From Chitinophagales bacterium (GTDB lineage Bacteria > Bacteroidota > Bacteroidia > Chitinophagales > JADIYW01): DNA of 64,000 nucleotides. Positions 21,466-31,407 of this stretch are shown here, one piece after another (the first letter of the stretch is position 1; each line of letters starts with the position of its first letter). The position numbers were made by a program, and so were the translations under genes. The notes under the pieces were generated by a model, which was not told the origin of the DNA, ran no database searches, and worked only from the letters and a program-made list of their open reading frames with translations. The stretch is taken from the NCBI GenBank assembly GCA_023957235.1, contig JAMLHI010000004.1, positions 75,422 to 139,421 on the forward strand, given 5' to 3'.

Positions 21466-22851
21466 TTGTCATTAATTAAATCAATCTCAGGGATAAGAGG
21501 TATCATAGGTGGTACCGTGGGTAATGCTTTGACCCCAATAGACATAGCTAATTTTACATTAGGATTTGGTACTATGATAAAAAGAGCAGGTGGCAGAAAG
21601 ATTGTAGTGGGTCGGGATGCTAGAGTTTCTGGAGAGATGGTTCATAGTATCATCGTCGGAAATCTTTTGAGTATAGGTATAGATGTAATAGACTTAGGTC
21701 TTTCTACAACCCCTACTGTAGAGATTGCTGTAGTATCTGAACAAGCTGATGGAGGCATTATTATAACTGCCAGCCACAATCCTAAGCAGTGGAATGCATT
21801 AAAATTACTCAATTCAGATGGAGAATTTATTTCCAAAGCAGTAGGTGAAGAAATGCTTGCAATTGCAGATGCAAAAGATTTTGATTTTGTTGATGTGGAT
21901 AATTTAGGTAATCGCACCTATATTGATGATTATATTCAAAGGCATATAGACAAAATTTTGGAACTGCCTTATGTAGATGTGGAAGCTATAAAAAATCGTC
22001 AATTTAAAGTGGCATACGATGCAGTAAATTCTGTTGGTGGGATAGCTGTTCCTTTATTATTAAAAGCCTTAGGCGTAGAAAATGTTGTAGAGTTATTTAA
22101 TGAACCAAATGGTTTGTTTCCACATAATCCCGAGCCTTTACCCGAACATTTATCTATTTTATGTACTGAAGTCAAATTGCATCAATGCGACTTAGGAATT
22201 GCAGTTGATCCTGATGTAGATAGAGTAGCGTTTGTTGATGAAAAGGGCAATTGCTTTGGTGAAGAATATACATTAGTGGCTGTAGCAGATTTTATTCTAC
22301 AAACTAATAAAGGAAATACGGTATCAAATCTTTCTTCTTCTAATGCTTTAAAAGATATTACAGAAGCCCATGGTTGTCAATATTTTGCTTCTGCAGTAGG
22401 AGAGGTGAATGTTGTGGCATTAATGAAAGAAAAGAATGCTGTCATAGGTGGAGAAGGAAATGGAGGAGTGATTTTGCCTGAGTTGCATTATGGTAGAGAT
22501 GCTTTGGTAGGAATTGCTTTATTTTTGACATATATTGCCAAATCAGAAAAGACAGTTTCTTCTGTTCATGCACAATTTCCTCAATATGTAATTTCTAAGA
22601 ATAAAGTTCAATTGGAAGATGGTATAGATGTCAATCATATTATCAAAAGGGTAGGAGAGCGTTATGCTCAATATGAGCAAATTACAATAGATGGGCTAAA
22701 AATTATCTTTGAAGATTATTGGGTGCATTTAAGAAGTTCAAATACAGAACCAATTGTCAGGATTTATGCTGAAAGTTCTACGGAAGCTACAGCATATAGT
22801 ATTGCCAATAAAATCAAAGGAGATATTATTTCTATCTTAAAAGAGTCATAG
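21466..22851 (+). CDS. glmM: Phosphoglucosamine mutase
   Basis: Phosphoserine loop ITASHNP, Mg loop AVDPDVDR and sugar-binding GGEGNGG. Length is 461 aa. TTG start. Confidence 0.9.
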   Translation: MSLIKSISGIRGIIGGTVGNALTPIDIANFTLGFGTMIKRAGGRKIVVGRDARVSGEMVHSIIVGNLLSIGIDVIDLGLSTTPTVEIAVVSEQADGGIIITASHNPKQWNALKLLNSDGEFISKAVGEEMLAIADAKDFDFVDVDNLGNRTYIDDYIQRHIDKILELPYVDVEAIKNRQFKVAYDAVNSVGGIAVPLLLKALGVENVVELFNEPNGLFPHNPEPLPEHLSILCTEVKLHQCDLGIAVDPDVDRVAFVDEKGNCFGEEYTLVAVADFILQTNKGNTVSNLSSSNALKDITEAHGCQYFASAVGEVNVVALMKEKNAVIGGEGNGGVILPELHYGRDALVGIALFLTYIAKSEKTVSSVHAQFPQYVISKNKVQLEDGIDVNHIIKRVGERYAQYEQITIDGLKIIFEDYWVHLRSSNTEPIVRIYAESSTEATAYSIANKIKGDIISILKES

Positions 22852-22868
22852 AGTCAATTTAAATTAGA

Positions 22869-23999
22869 ATGAGGGTTTATTTAGATAATGCTGCAACTAC
22901 TGCTATAGATTCAGAAGTATTTGATGCAATGATACCTTATTTTAAAGAATTTTATGGCAATCCTTCTTCTCAGCATAGTGTTGGTAGAGATGTAAAGTCA
23001 GCGATAGAGGAAGCACGAAAAAAAATCGCTCAGTTGATAAATGCTCAAGCTGGTGATATTGTTTTTACATCGGGTGGCACAGAGTCTAATAATACAATAT
23101 TGAAAGCGGCGGTAAGAGAACTGGGTGTTAAACATATCGTTATTTCTGCAGTCGAACATCATTGCGTTTTACATACTGCTGAATATCTTGAACAAGCAGG
23201 AGAAATCCGTTTGACAGTTATTCCAGTGGATGAAAAAGGGAAAATAAGTATTGATCAATTAGATAAGGTCTTATCTGAGTCAAATGAGAAAACATTGGTG
23301 TCCATTATGCATGCCAATAATGAGACTGGTGTTATGATTGATATTGAACAAATAGCTCAAGTCTGCCTTCATCACAATGCTTTATTTCACTCAGATACGG
23401 TACAGACATTTGCTCATTATCCAATAGATGTACAAAGTATTCCAATAGATTTTTTATCTGCAGCAGCGCATAAATTTCATGGACCCAAAGGAGTTGGATT
23501 TTTCTATATGAAGAAGTCATCTAAAGTCGGTTCGCTGATTCATGGTGGAAGTCAAGAGAGAGGTTGGAGAGCTGGGACTGAAAATGTTGCTGGAATTATT
23601 GGTATGGCAAAAGCCGCAGAATTGGCTTATGAACATTTGGAAGCTGAACGTTTTCAGATTAAAAATTTGAAATCATATTTGATTCAAGAAATTGAAAAGG
23701 CTATTCCTCATATTCAATTCAATGGTGCTATTGATGATTCTACATCTTATCGTGTGATTTCATTGTCTTTGCCTCCTCATCCTATGGGTAGCTTATTATT
23801 GTTTCAATTGGATATGCAAGGTATATGTGTATCTGGAGGTAGTGCTTGCAGCAGTGGCGCCAATATAGGTTCTCATGTGATGGCAGCAATGAATATTCCT
23901 GCTGAACGCATACCATTAAGATGTTCATTTTCTAAATATAATACAAAATCGGATATAGATATTTTAGTAGAAGCACTAAAAAACCTTTATTCAGTGTAG
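22869..23999 (+). CDS. Cysteine desulfurase (NifS/IscS-type class V aminotransferase)
   Basis: PLP-Lys context SAAAHKFHGPKG and catalytic Cys loop SGGSACSSG. Length is 376 aa. Confidence 0.9.
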   Translation: MRVYLDNAATTAIDSEVFDAMIPYFKEFYGNPSSQHSVGRDVKSAIEEARKKIAQLINAQAGDIVFTSGGTESNNTILKAAVRELGVKHIVISAVEHHCVLHTAEYLEQAGEIRLTVIPVDEKGKISIDQLDKVLSESNEKTLVSIMHANNETGVMIDIEQIAQVCLHHNALFHSDTVQTFAHYPIDVQSIPIDFLSAAAHKFHGPKGVGFFYMKKSSKVGSLIHGGSQERGWRAGTENVAGIIGMAKAAELAYEHLEAERFQIKNLKSYLIQEIEKAIPHIQFNGAIDDSTSYRVISLSLPPHPMGSLLLFQLDMQGICVSGGSACSSGANIGSHVMAAMNIPAERIPLRCSFSKYNTKSDIDILVEALKNLYSV

Positions 24000-24002
24000 T
24001 CA

Positions 24003-24857
24003 TTAGTATTTGATTACAAAATGCTCGGGAGCTTTATTTTCTTGGCGGATAAATACAATACCCATTTCATATATATCAATACTGACACTTGCTTTTGGAT
24101 GACTAATGATTTCATACCATGCTTTTTCCATATCCTTACTCCAATGTATGTCGTCAAAAATAAAAATGGTATGATTATTTGAGTGTTTTAAGCATTCATT
24201 AAAATAAAAGATGGTAGGGGCATAAGAATGATTGCCGTCTATGAAAATCAATTCAAATTGAGGAAATCGATCAAATACTTTTTTTAATTCATCATCAAAA
24301 TTGCCAGTGTATTGAATAATATTGTCACTTTGAGTAGCAGTAAATGTTTGGGAGGCAATTTTTGTAATATTGGGACATCCTTCTATAGTGACGACTTGAG
24401 CATTTGGGCATCCTTTAGCAAGATAAGAAGTAGTAATACCAAGTGAAGTGCCAAATTCCAAAATAGTTTTAGGTTGAAAATAATGAGTGAGTTTGTAAAT
24501 AAGTTGAGCATATTTTTTTTGTTTTAAACTGTTTTTGGCAATTGTGCTAATCTTTCGTTCTGTATTTCCCCATTTCTTTGCACCTGCTCCTAAATCTGTT
24601 ACATGAATAGAAGTGTCATTTTTCAACAATGCTCTTCGTCTATCTTCGATATTTGTAAACAGTGAAGGATTATGCCGTTTATAAAACACTTCTGTCAATA
24701 GATGATAAACAAAAGGAGAATGAATTCTCTGATTGCTTTTGGCCTTCCAAAGGTATATACAATAGCTGATTATACGATGAGTTACATTCATTCGGCTAAA
24801 ATACCTTTTCTCAGAAATAAAATGTATTTGAACGCTTAGTTTATTCATTAAAATCAA
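24003..24857 (-). CDS. Class I SAM-dependent methyltransferase
   Basis: SAM-binding motif ILEFGTSLGITT and an acidic loop IFIDGNH. Length is 284 aa. Confidence 0.7.
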   Translation of the reverse strand: MILMNKLSVQIHFISEKRYFSRMNVTHRIISYCIYLWKAKSNQRIHSPFVYHLLTEVFYKRHNPSLFTNIEDRRRALLKNDTSIHVTDLGAGAKKWGNTERKISTIAKNSLKQKKYAQLIYKLTHYFQPKTILEFGTSLGITTSYLAKGCPNAQVVTIEGCPNITKIASQTFTATQSDNIIQYTGNFDDELKKVFDRFPQFELIFIDGNHSYAPTIFYFNECLKHSNNHTIFIFDDIHWSKDMEKAWYEIISHPKASVSIDIYEMGIVFIRQENKAPEHFVIKY

Positions 24858-24893
24858 TAGTAAGTTATATCTTTAAGAAGTAAATACATCAAG

Positions 24894-25697
24894 ATGTCTT
24901 TTAAAGAAAAATATGGTCCATGGGCACTTATTACAGGTGCTTCTAGTGGCTTGGGTGTCGAATATGCCCTTCAAATTGCAGAAAAAGGCTTAAATGTTAT
25001 ATTGGTTGCACGAAGGATTAACTTGCTAGATCAATTGGCAGAGAGAATTAAGAACCAATATTCAGTTGAAGTTAGGACGATAGAATTGGACTTGGCCAAG
25101 GAAGGATTTTATAATGTTTTAGATGAGCAGATTGAAGGTCTAGATATAGGCCTCGTTGTGAATAATGCTGGGATAAACTGTGAGGGAGATTTTTATCGAG
25201 GTGATTTGGACAGGAATATCCAAATGCTAAGATTGAATGTTGAAGCACCTTTTATTATTGCTTATAATATGTCAAAAAAACTAGTGGAGCGTGGCAAAGG
25301 TGGAATTATATTTACTGCTTCATCTAGTGCTTTTCAAGCGACCCCTTATCTTTCACATTATGGAGCCACTAAATCTTATATTTTGTCTTTGGCAGAAAGT
25401 ATGAATTATGAATTTTCTGGTAGAAATGTCGATGTGATAGCTCTTTGTCCGGGAATGACAGAGTCTGAAATGACCAAAGGGATGAAAGGATCTCCTATTG
25501 TTATGAAAGCAGCTCCTGTAGTCAAACTGGCTTTGGATAAACTAGGCAAGGAGGCATTTGTTGTACCTGGTTTAGGTAATAAAGTTCAAGTTTTTTTGAC
25601 CCAGAGAGTTTTAGGAAGAGATATTTCAAGAGTGGCGACAGGTGCATTGATGAAAAAAATATTGTTAGGGGGAAAAAAGAAGAAGGAAACAAAATAA
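24894..25697 (+). CDS. SDR-family oxidoreductase
   Basis: TGASSGLG cofactor motif, NNAG, and catalytic YGATK (YxxxK). Confidence 0.9.
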   Translation: MSFKEKYGPWALITGASSGLGVEYALQIAEKGLNVILVARRINLLDQLAERIKNQYSVEVRTIELDLAKEGFYNVLDEQIEGLDIGLVVNNAGINCEGDFYRGDLDRNIQMLRLNVEAPFIIAYNMSKKLVERGKGGIIFTASSSAFQATPYLSHYGATKSYILSLAESMNYEFSGRNVDVIALCPGMTESEMTKGMKGSPIVMKAAPVVKLALDKLGKEAFVVPGLGNKVQVFLTQRVLGRDISRVATGALMKKILLGGKKKKETK

Positions 25698-25795
25698 TGG
25701 TAAATATGATCGTTAGAATGATATTATAATGATTAGTATTTTATTTTTGGAGTCCGAAAATAATTTTCATTGATAAAATATTTTAAATTTATATT

Positions 25796-26254
25796 ATGGT
25801 AAAAGAAATTATAGATAAAATAGAAAGTGCTGTCAATCAACAAGTTAAAGAAAAATTTGGTTTGACTGATGATCAAAGTGAAAAAACTTCTGGTGTGTTT
25901 AAAGAAGCAATTCAAAATTTTCTTTCTAGTGGAGGATTGAAAAATCCTCAATTACTCCAGTCTGCGTTACAAAATGTCAGCTCATTGGAAGATAATGAGG
26001 TTGTTATAAAAATTAAAGAGAATATAGCTAAAGGGTTACAAGAAAAAGTAGGCCTTAGTCCTGAAATTGCTAATGCTATCAAAGATTTTTCTATCAAAGA
26101 ATTGATAAATACAATTTCTTTAGAATTTACTGATGAGAAAGGAAATTTTGATTTTGAAAAAATTCTATCCAAATTGAATATTCAAGATTTAGAACAGACT
26201 GCTAAAGATTTGTTAGGTAATTTTGGTGGACTTGGCAATTTGTTTAGTAAGTAA
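25796..26254 (+). CDS. Hypothetical protein
   Basis: A 152-aa ORF with native codon usage and a helical, acidic sequence, followed by a terminator. I recognise no family. Confidence 0.5.
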   Translation: MVKEIIDKIESAVNQQVKEKFGLTDDQSEKTSGVFKEAIQNFLSSGGLKNPQLLQSALQNVSSLEDNEVVIKIKENIAKGLQEKVGLSPEIANAIKDFSIKELINTISLEFTDEKGNFDFEKILSKLNIQDLEQTAKDLLGNFGGLGNLFSK

Positions 26255-26273
26255 AGGATTTAAATAATATTTG

Positions 26274-26306
26274 ATGGTGTCTATTTTTTGACTGATACCA
26301 TTTTTA
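26274..26306 (+). terminator. Intrinsic terminator
   Basis: atggtgtc / gataccat stem followed by ttttt. Confidence 0.6.
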
Positions 26307-26359
26307 TCTTTAGTATTTCTATTTATTAATTTATAATTCACATTTATCTTTTAAAAAAT

Positions 26360-26953
26360 ATGATTCTCAAATTTATTTTTTACATCCTATATAGGTTGAA
26401 AGGTTGGGGCATGGAAGGGGTTGTTCCCAAAGAAGCTCAAAAATGTGTTATGATTGCATCGCCTCATACTAGTAATTGGGATATTGTTTTTGCGTCTGCG
26501 GCATTTCAGGAGATGAAGATTCCTTTAAAATTTACTATTAAGAAGGAGTGGTTTCGTTTTCCATTTAATTTATTGATAGGGCCTCTTGGAGGAATTCCTA
26601 TTGACAGAAGTCCTAAAGTGCCTGGCGAGAAGCGTTTAAGTATGGTAGATGCTATGGCTAATATATTTCAAGGAAGAGAGTCAATTGCTGTAATGGTGAC
26701 TCCAGAAGGTACACGCAAAAGAACTGAACAATGGAAGACAGGTTTCTGGTACACAGCCAAACAAGCAGGAGTGCCTATTTGCTTAGGGTATTTGGATTAC
26801 AAAAAGAAAAGGGCAGGTGTGGGTATGGTCATTTGGCCTACAGATATAGAAAAGGATATGGCAACTATGATGGAGTTTTATGATCAAATTACACCATGCT
26901 ATCCAGAGAAATTTTCATTAGATCCTAGATATACTAAACACCGTAAAGTATAG
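26360..26953 (+). CDS. 1-acyl-sn-glycerol-3-phosphate acyltransferase-family protein
   Basis: HX4D acyltransferase motif (PHTSNWD) and a PEGTR block (VTPEGTRKR). Confidence 0.8.
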   Translation: MILKFIFYILYRLKGWGMEGVVPKEAQKCVMIASPHTSNWDIVFASAAFQEMKIPLKFTIKKEWFRFPFNLLIGPLGGIPIDRSPKVPGEKRLSMVDAMANIFQGRESIAVMVTPEGTRKRTEQWKTGFWYTAKQAGVPICLGYLDYKKKRAGVGMVIWPTDIEKDMATMMEFYDQITPCYPEKFSLDPRYTKHRKV

Positions 26954-27047
26954 TGGCAATTTTATTTTGTATTATTCATTCTGTTATATCCTATGATATG
27001 CGGCAGCTTAGGACGACTGAACAAATATAAACGAACAGACAAAAAAT

Positions 27048-27965
27048 ATGATACCAGACTACCAAACGTTAATGCTTCCTTTAATGAAACTTGTTTCAGA
27101 CGGACAGGAACATAAATATCGTGACCTCATTGAAAGACTAGCAGTTGAATTTCAAGTAACAGACGATGAACGCAAAGAACTTTTGGCAAGTGGCAACCAA
27201 GCAATTTTTGACAATCGAGTTGGTTGGGCAAAGACATATTTAAAAAAGGCTGGACTTCTTGACTCACCAAGACGAGCGACTTTTATTATCACAGATCTTG
27301 GTCGACAAACTTTAGCTAAAAAGCCTGACCGAATTGATGCAAAATATTTACGACAGTTTCCTACGTTTATAGAATTTCAAAATGTATCTCGTAACGACAA
27401 CGAAACCGAAGAGGATACCATGATCGTTGCAGTTAATGAACAGACACCAGAGGAAAGTTTAGATAAGGCTTATCAAAGAATCCGAAAGACTTTGGCTTCT
27501 GAACTTTTAAACAAAGTAGTTGACCTATCTCCAGCCTTTTTCGAGCGACTTGTAGTTGAGCTTTTAGTAAAAATGGGTTACGGTGGTTCAATCAAAGATG
27601 CTGGAAAAGCAATGGGTAAAAGCGGTGATGAAGGAATTGACGGTACAATAAAAGAGGATAAACTTGGACTTGACATTATTTACATTCAAGCCAAGCGTTG
27701 GAAACCTGGTAATGTTGTTGGACGACCTGAACTTCAAAAATTCGTTGGTGCACTTGCAGGACAAGGAGCCAAAAAAGGAATTTTTATTACGACTTCTAAT
27801 TTTACTAAAGAAGCATTGGAATATACACCGAGAAATGAGACCAAAATAGTTCTCATAGACGGTGAACAGTTGGCTCAACTAATGATTGACTATAATCTTG
27901 GTTGTACACCACAGCAGACTTACGAACTTAAAAAAATTGACAGCGACTATTTTGGCGAAGAATAA
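27048..27965 (+). CDS. mrr: Mrr-family type IV restriction endonuclease
   Basis: N-terminal Mrr_N winged helix (IPDYQTLMLPLMKLVSDGQEHKYRDL) and a C-terminal Mrr_cat PD-(D/E)xK core (GIDGTIKEDKLGLDIIYIQAKRW). The gene is visibly richer in G+C and CpG than its flanks. Confidence 0.88.
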   Translation: MIPDYQTLMLPLMKLVSDGQEHKYRDLIERLAVEFQVTDDERKELLASGNQAIFDNRVGWAKTYLKKAGLLDSPRRATFIITDLGRQTLAKKPDRIDAKYLRQFPTFIEFQNVSRNDNETEEDTMIVAVNEQTPEESLDKAYQRIRKTLASELLNKVVDLSPAFFERLVVELLVKMGYGGSIKDAGKAMGKSGDEGIDGTIKEDKLGLDIIYIQAKRWKPGNVVGRPELQKFVGALAGQGAKKGIFITTSNFTKEALEYTPRNETKIVLIDGEQLAQLMIDYNLGCTPQQTYELKKIDSDYFGEE

Positions 27966-28025
27966 CACAGACAGACAAGAAAGCCGACCGCAGTTGATTG
28001 CGCGAAGTTCTATTGGGTGAGAATT

Positions 28026-28949
28026 TTAAGCCTTTCCTGCTAGCAGATACATACAAGCCATTCGAACTGCTACACCATTTTCTACCTGGTCCAAAATAAT
28101 TGAATGTTCAGAGTCTGCCACATCTGAAGTGAGTTCAACTCCTCTATTGATAGGTCCTGGATGCATGATGATGATGGGCCTTTTAAGAGTTTCCAGTCTC
28201 TTTTTATTGACACCAAAGTATAAAGAATATTCTCTAATTGAAGGGAACAATTTAATATTTTGACGCTCTAGCTGAATTCTAAGCACATTGGCTACATCGC
28301 ACCATTCCAAGGCTTTTTGAATATTATATTCTACTGAAACTCCAAGTTCAGTAATGTGTTTAGGAATGAGGGTAGGAGGGCCACAAAGCTTAACATTAGC
28401 CCCTAATTTTGACAAGCAATAAATATTAGAAAGAGCGACTCTTGAGTGCATGATATCTCCTAAAATCAAAATGTTTTTGCCTTTTAAATCTCCAAGTTTT
28501 TCCTGCATTGAATAGGCATCCAAAAGTGCTTGTGTAGGATGTTCATGGGTGCCGTCTCCTGCATTTAATATATTAGCATTAATATGGTTGGCAAGAAAAT
28601 TAGGAGCTCCCGGACTAGGATGTCTCATCACCACCATATCTACTTTCATTGCCAAGATATTATTGACAGTATCTAAAAGGGTTTCTCCTTTTTTGACAGA
28701 AGACGATGAGGATGTGAAATTGACAATATCTGCCGATAATCTTTTTTGTGCCAATTCAAAAGAAGTTCTAGTTCTAGTGGAATTTTCAAAAAAGAGATTT
28801 GCAATAGTCATATCTCTAAGAGTAGGTACTTTTTTGATAGGGCGATTGATGACTTCCTTAAAAGTACTTGCTGTTTGTAAAATCAATTCAATATCAGACT
28901 TGGTAATGTCTTTGATTCCTATCAAATGCTTTGTACTTAGATGGCTCAT
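28026..28949 (-). CDS. pyrB: Aspartate carbamoyltransferase catalytic subunit
   Basis: STRTR carbamoyl-phosphate motif, HPTQ and HPGP. The start overlaps the pyrR stop by 4 nt. Confidence 0.95.
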   Translation of the reverse strand: MSHLSTKHLIGIKDITKSDIELILQTASTFKEVINRPIKKVPTLRDMTIANLFFENSTRTRTSFELAQKRLSADIVNFTSSSSSVKKGETLLDTVNNILAMKVDMVVMRHPSPGAPNFLANHINANILNAGDGTHEHPTQALLDAYSMQEKLGDLKGKNILILGDIMHSRVALSNIYCLSKLGANVKLCGPPTLIPKHITELGVSVEYNIQKALEWCDVANVLRIQLERQNIKLFPSIREYSLYFGVNKKRLETLKRPIIIMHPGPINRGVELTSDVADSEHSIILDQVENGVAVRMACMYLLAGKA

Positions 28950-29497
28950 AAATTTTCTTTTAATAAGATGACATGACTACCGTTTTCTTGTGTATCCCAT
29001 TGAACAGAAACGACTTCTCCCATCTGTGTGTCAACAGTTTTTCCAATAAAATCAGGTTGTATAGGCAATTCTCTATTAAATCTTCTATTAATTAATGTGA
29101 GTAATTTGACTTCTGATGGTCTCCCATGTGCTAGCATAGCATCTAACGCTGCTCTGATAGTTCGACCTGTATAAAGCACATCATCTATTAGAATAATACG
29201 TTTCCCTGTTAAAGAAAAATCAATATTCGTTGCTTTAGCTTCTAATTGTACTCCCTTACTTTTAAAATCATCTCTGTAAAAAGTAATGTCTAGTTGACCA
29301 TACAAAATATGGCTTTGTGTGCTGTTAACAAGATATTTGTGAATCTTATCTGAAAATAAAACTCCTCTTGGTTGAACTCCTATAATAGCTGTATCTGAAA
29401 AATCTCCATAGTTTTCTATTAGCTGATTGCTAAAACGCTCTAACATAAGTTGCATTAGCTGATGATCTATGATGATGCGATTATTCATAGGCAACAC
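28946..29497 (-). CDS. pyrR: Bifunctional pyrimidine operon regulator / uracil phosphoribosyltransferase PyrR
   Basis: PRTase motif ILIDDVLYTGRT, about 180 aa, immediately upstream of pyrB. The true start is probably the ATG at 29488 (MNNRIIID); the listed start is a GTG. Confidence 0.9.
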   Translation of the reverse strand: MLPMNNRIIIDHQLMQLMLERFSNQLIENYGDFSDTAIIGVQPRGVLFSDKIHKYLVNSTQSHILYGQLDITFYRDDFKSKGVQLEAKATNIDFSLTGKRIILIDDVLYTGRTIRAALDAMLAHGRPSEVKLLTLINRRFNRELPIQPDFIGKTVDTQMGEVVSVQWDTQENGSHVILLKENL

Positions 29498-29660
29498 AAA
29501 TCTAATTTTTTTTGCTTAATCCACTAGCATTTGAATAGGATAAAATTTTTTATTCTCCTTTGGCTATTATTAGCAATCAAAAATGAAATCAAATCTTTCA
29601 ATTATTTAGAAGATATTGTTTTGAGCTGAAAAGCTATTTTGTCTATTTTGAAAAATATGA

Positions 29661-30584
29661 TTATGTTAGAAATCTATATAAGCTAAAGCAACTCAATGAT
29701 ATTATAAGAATTCCTACTGCCACCATAGCTGTTTTGACAGGGATTAATCTAGTAATAAATGTTCCTAATGGTGCTGATAGTGAACCTCCTATAATCAGAC
29801 CTAATATCACTGAAAACATGTCTAATAGGTTATCAATGTAGATGAAAAATACAATAGAAGCAGTAAATGCTACTAAAAATTTGGCTGTATTTACTGAACC
29901 GATGACTTTTCTAGGATGATTGCCTGTGCCTATTAGTGTGGCAGTAACTACAGAACCCCATCCACCTCCACCAATAGCTGCTACGAAGCCTCCTATCAGT
30001 GCTAAGATACTTGCACCCTTATAATTATTGTCTTTGACATGTAATCGTTCTTTATATGCTTTTAGAATAATATAAATCCCCATCATTAATAAATAAAAAG
30101 AAACAAATGGCTTGATTAAATGTCCGTCAAATACAGAAAGTAAATATGCTCCTGTTCCAGCTCCCAATGCTCCAGGAATCAAAAGACTCAGTAATAATCC
30201 TTTGTCCACATTACCCATGCGTAAATGGGAAAGTCCTGAAACTCCTGTAGTGAAAATTTCTGAGGTGTGTACTGCTGCACTAGCCATTTTCGGATGAATA
30301 CCTGTGGCCATTAGAAATGATGTAGAACTGACTCCATAAGCCATTCCTAAAGTGCTGTCTATTAATTGGGCAATAAAACCTACTAAAATAAAAGAGTATA
30401 TTTTGTAATCAAAAAATATGGTCGTGAGGATTCCTTTTAGTGTTAATGCTTTTTGAGCTGGTAAAAAGTCGATAGCTAAATAGGCTAAGATGGCAATTGT
30501 AGATAGTATAAGTATAATTATTCCATACCAATGAACAAGATCTTTGACACTTTTTTCAGCTTTCACTTTTGACATTGAATTCAA
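29661..30584 (-). CDS. TauE/SafE-family anion exporter (membrane protein)
   Basis: About 8 TM helices with Gly-rich repeat halves typical of TauE/SafE (GGGGWGSV, GAGTGAYL). Confidence 0.75.
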   Translation of the reverse strand: MNSMSKVKAEKSVKDLVHWYGIIILILSTIAILAYLAIDFLPAQKALTLKGILTTIFFDYKIYSFILVGFIAQLIDSTLGMAYGVSSTSFLMATGIHPKMASAAVHTSEIFTTGVSGLSHLRMGNVDKGLLLSLLIPGALGAGTGAYLLSVFDGHLIKPFVSFYLLMMGIYIILKAYKERLHVKDNNYKGASILALIGGFVAAIGGGGWGSVVTATLIGTGNHPRKVIGSVNTAKFLVAFTASIVFFIYIDNLLDMFSVILGLIIGGSLSAPLGTFITRLIPVKTAMVAVGILIISLSCFSLYRFLT

Positions 30585-30730
30585 TTTGAGCTTGTAAATA
30601 TAAAAGCATTTTTTGTATAATCTACTATTTCAATAGACTAAATAGATAATTACATTATTTTCATTAACTATTTATATGGATAGGTTTTATTAAATATTGG
30701 GTTTTATATTGATTTGATTTTAATCATTAT

Positions 30731-31387
30731 CTATATTTCCATTTCAGGTACAAAGTCTGGGACAATTAATTTTCCTTCTGTTTTAGATTGAATTTCTTCT
30801 ATACTGACTCCTGGAGCTCTTTCTATAAGATGGAATGCATTTTCTTTAATTTCAAAAACTCCTAAATCTGTTACGATTTTTGTGACACATCCAACTCCAG
30901 TTAGAGGTAGGCTACATTGAGGAAGTAGTTTGGATTCACCTTCTCTATTTGTATGTTGCATGGCTACTATGATATTTTTGGCTGATGCGACTAAATCCAT
31001 TGCTCCACCCATGCCTTTAACCATTTTGCCGGGAATTTTCCAGCTAGCTATATCTCCATTTTGTGCTACTTCCATGGCTCCTAAAACTGTAAGATTGATT
31101 TTTCCTGCACGAATCATTCCAAAACTTTCTACAGAATCGAAGAAAGCTCCACCAGGAATAACTGTTACAGTTTCTTTCCCTGCATTGATCAGGTCAGCAT
31201 CAATATCTGATTGTGTGGGGTATGGACCCATGCCCAATATGCCATTTTCTGATTGAAGCATGATGGTCATTCCTTCTGGTATATAGTTGGATACTAAAGT
31301 TGGAATTCCAATTCCCAGATTGACATAATATCCGTCTTGTAATTCTTTTGCAATTCTTTTGGCAATGCCATATTTATCTAATGCCAT
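30731..31387 (-). CDS. 3-oxoacid CoA-transferase subunit B
   Basis: The SENG motif with the catalytic Glu (LQSENGILGMGP) and GMGGAMDL. Length is 218 aa. Confidence 0.93.
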   Translation of the reverse strand: MALDKYGIAKRIAKELQDGYYVNLGIGIPTLVSNYIPEGMTIMLQSENGILGMGPYPTQSDIDADLINAGKETVTVIPGGAFFDSVESFGMIRAGKINLTVLGAMEVAQNGDIASWKIPGKMVKGMGGAMDLVASAKNIIVAMQHTNREGESKLLPQCSLPLTGVGCVTKIVTDLGVFEIKENAFHLIERAPGVSIEEIQSKTEGKLIVPDFVPEMEI

Positions 31388-31407
31388 AGTGATGTTGTTT
31401 TTTATTA

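Noticed and set aside
25733-25951. A 72-aa minus-strand ORF overlapping the start of the 25796-26254 gene.
   Set aside because: The translation is low-complexity F/N/I/K-rich, and the ORF overlaps the better-supported plus-strand ORF and its promoter region.
28549-28971. A 140-aa ORF antisense to pyrB, together with many similar antisense ORFs in the track. Examples: 2285-2533, 5494-5721, 5929-6150, 10061-10267, 12961-13206, 14512-14754, 16038-16445, 18543-20176, 21642-21917, 27588-27878, 30930-31256, 32706-32948, 34318-34623, 42347-42754, 52666-52920, 56184-56577, 57095-57406, 60802-61077 and 61951-62229.
   Set aside because: Each lies entirely inside, and antisense to, a gene with strong family motifs. 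The translations are low-complexity (S/L/F/I-rich) with no recognisable domains, which is typical of shadow ORFs in AT-rich DNA.
29552-29565. A possible PyrR-binding RNA site (minus strand AGCCAAAGGAGAAU) in the pyrR leader.
   Set aside because: It only loosely resembles the Bacillus-type consensus (UCCAGAGAGG). I found no convincing binding-loop hairpin or downstream terminator/antiterminator pair before pyrR.
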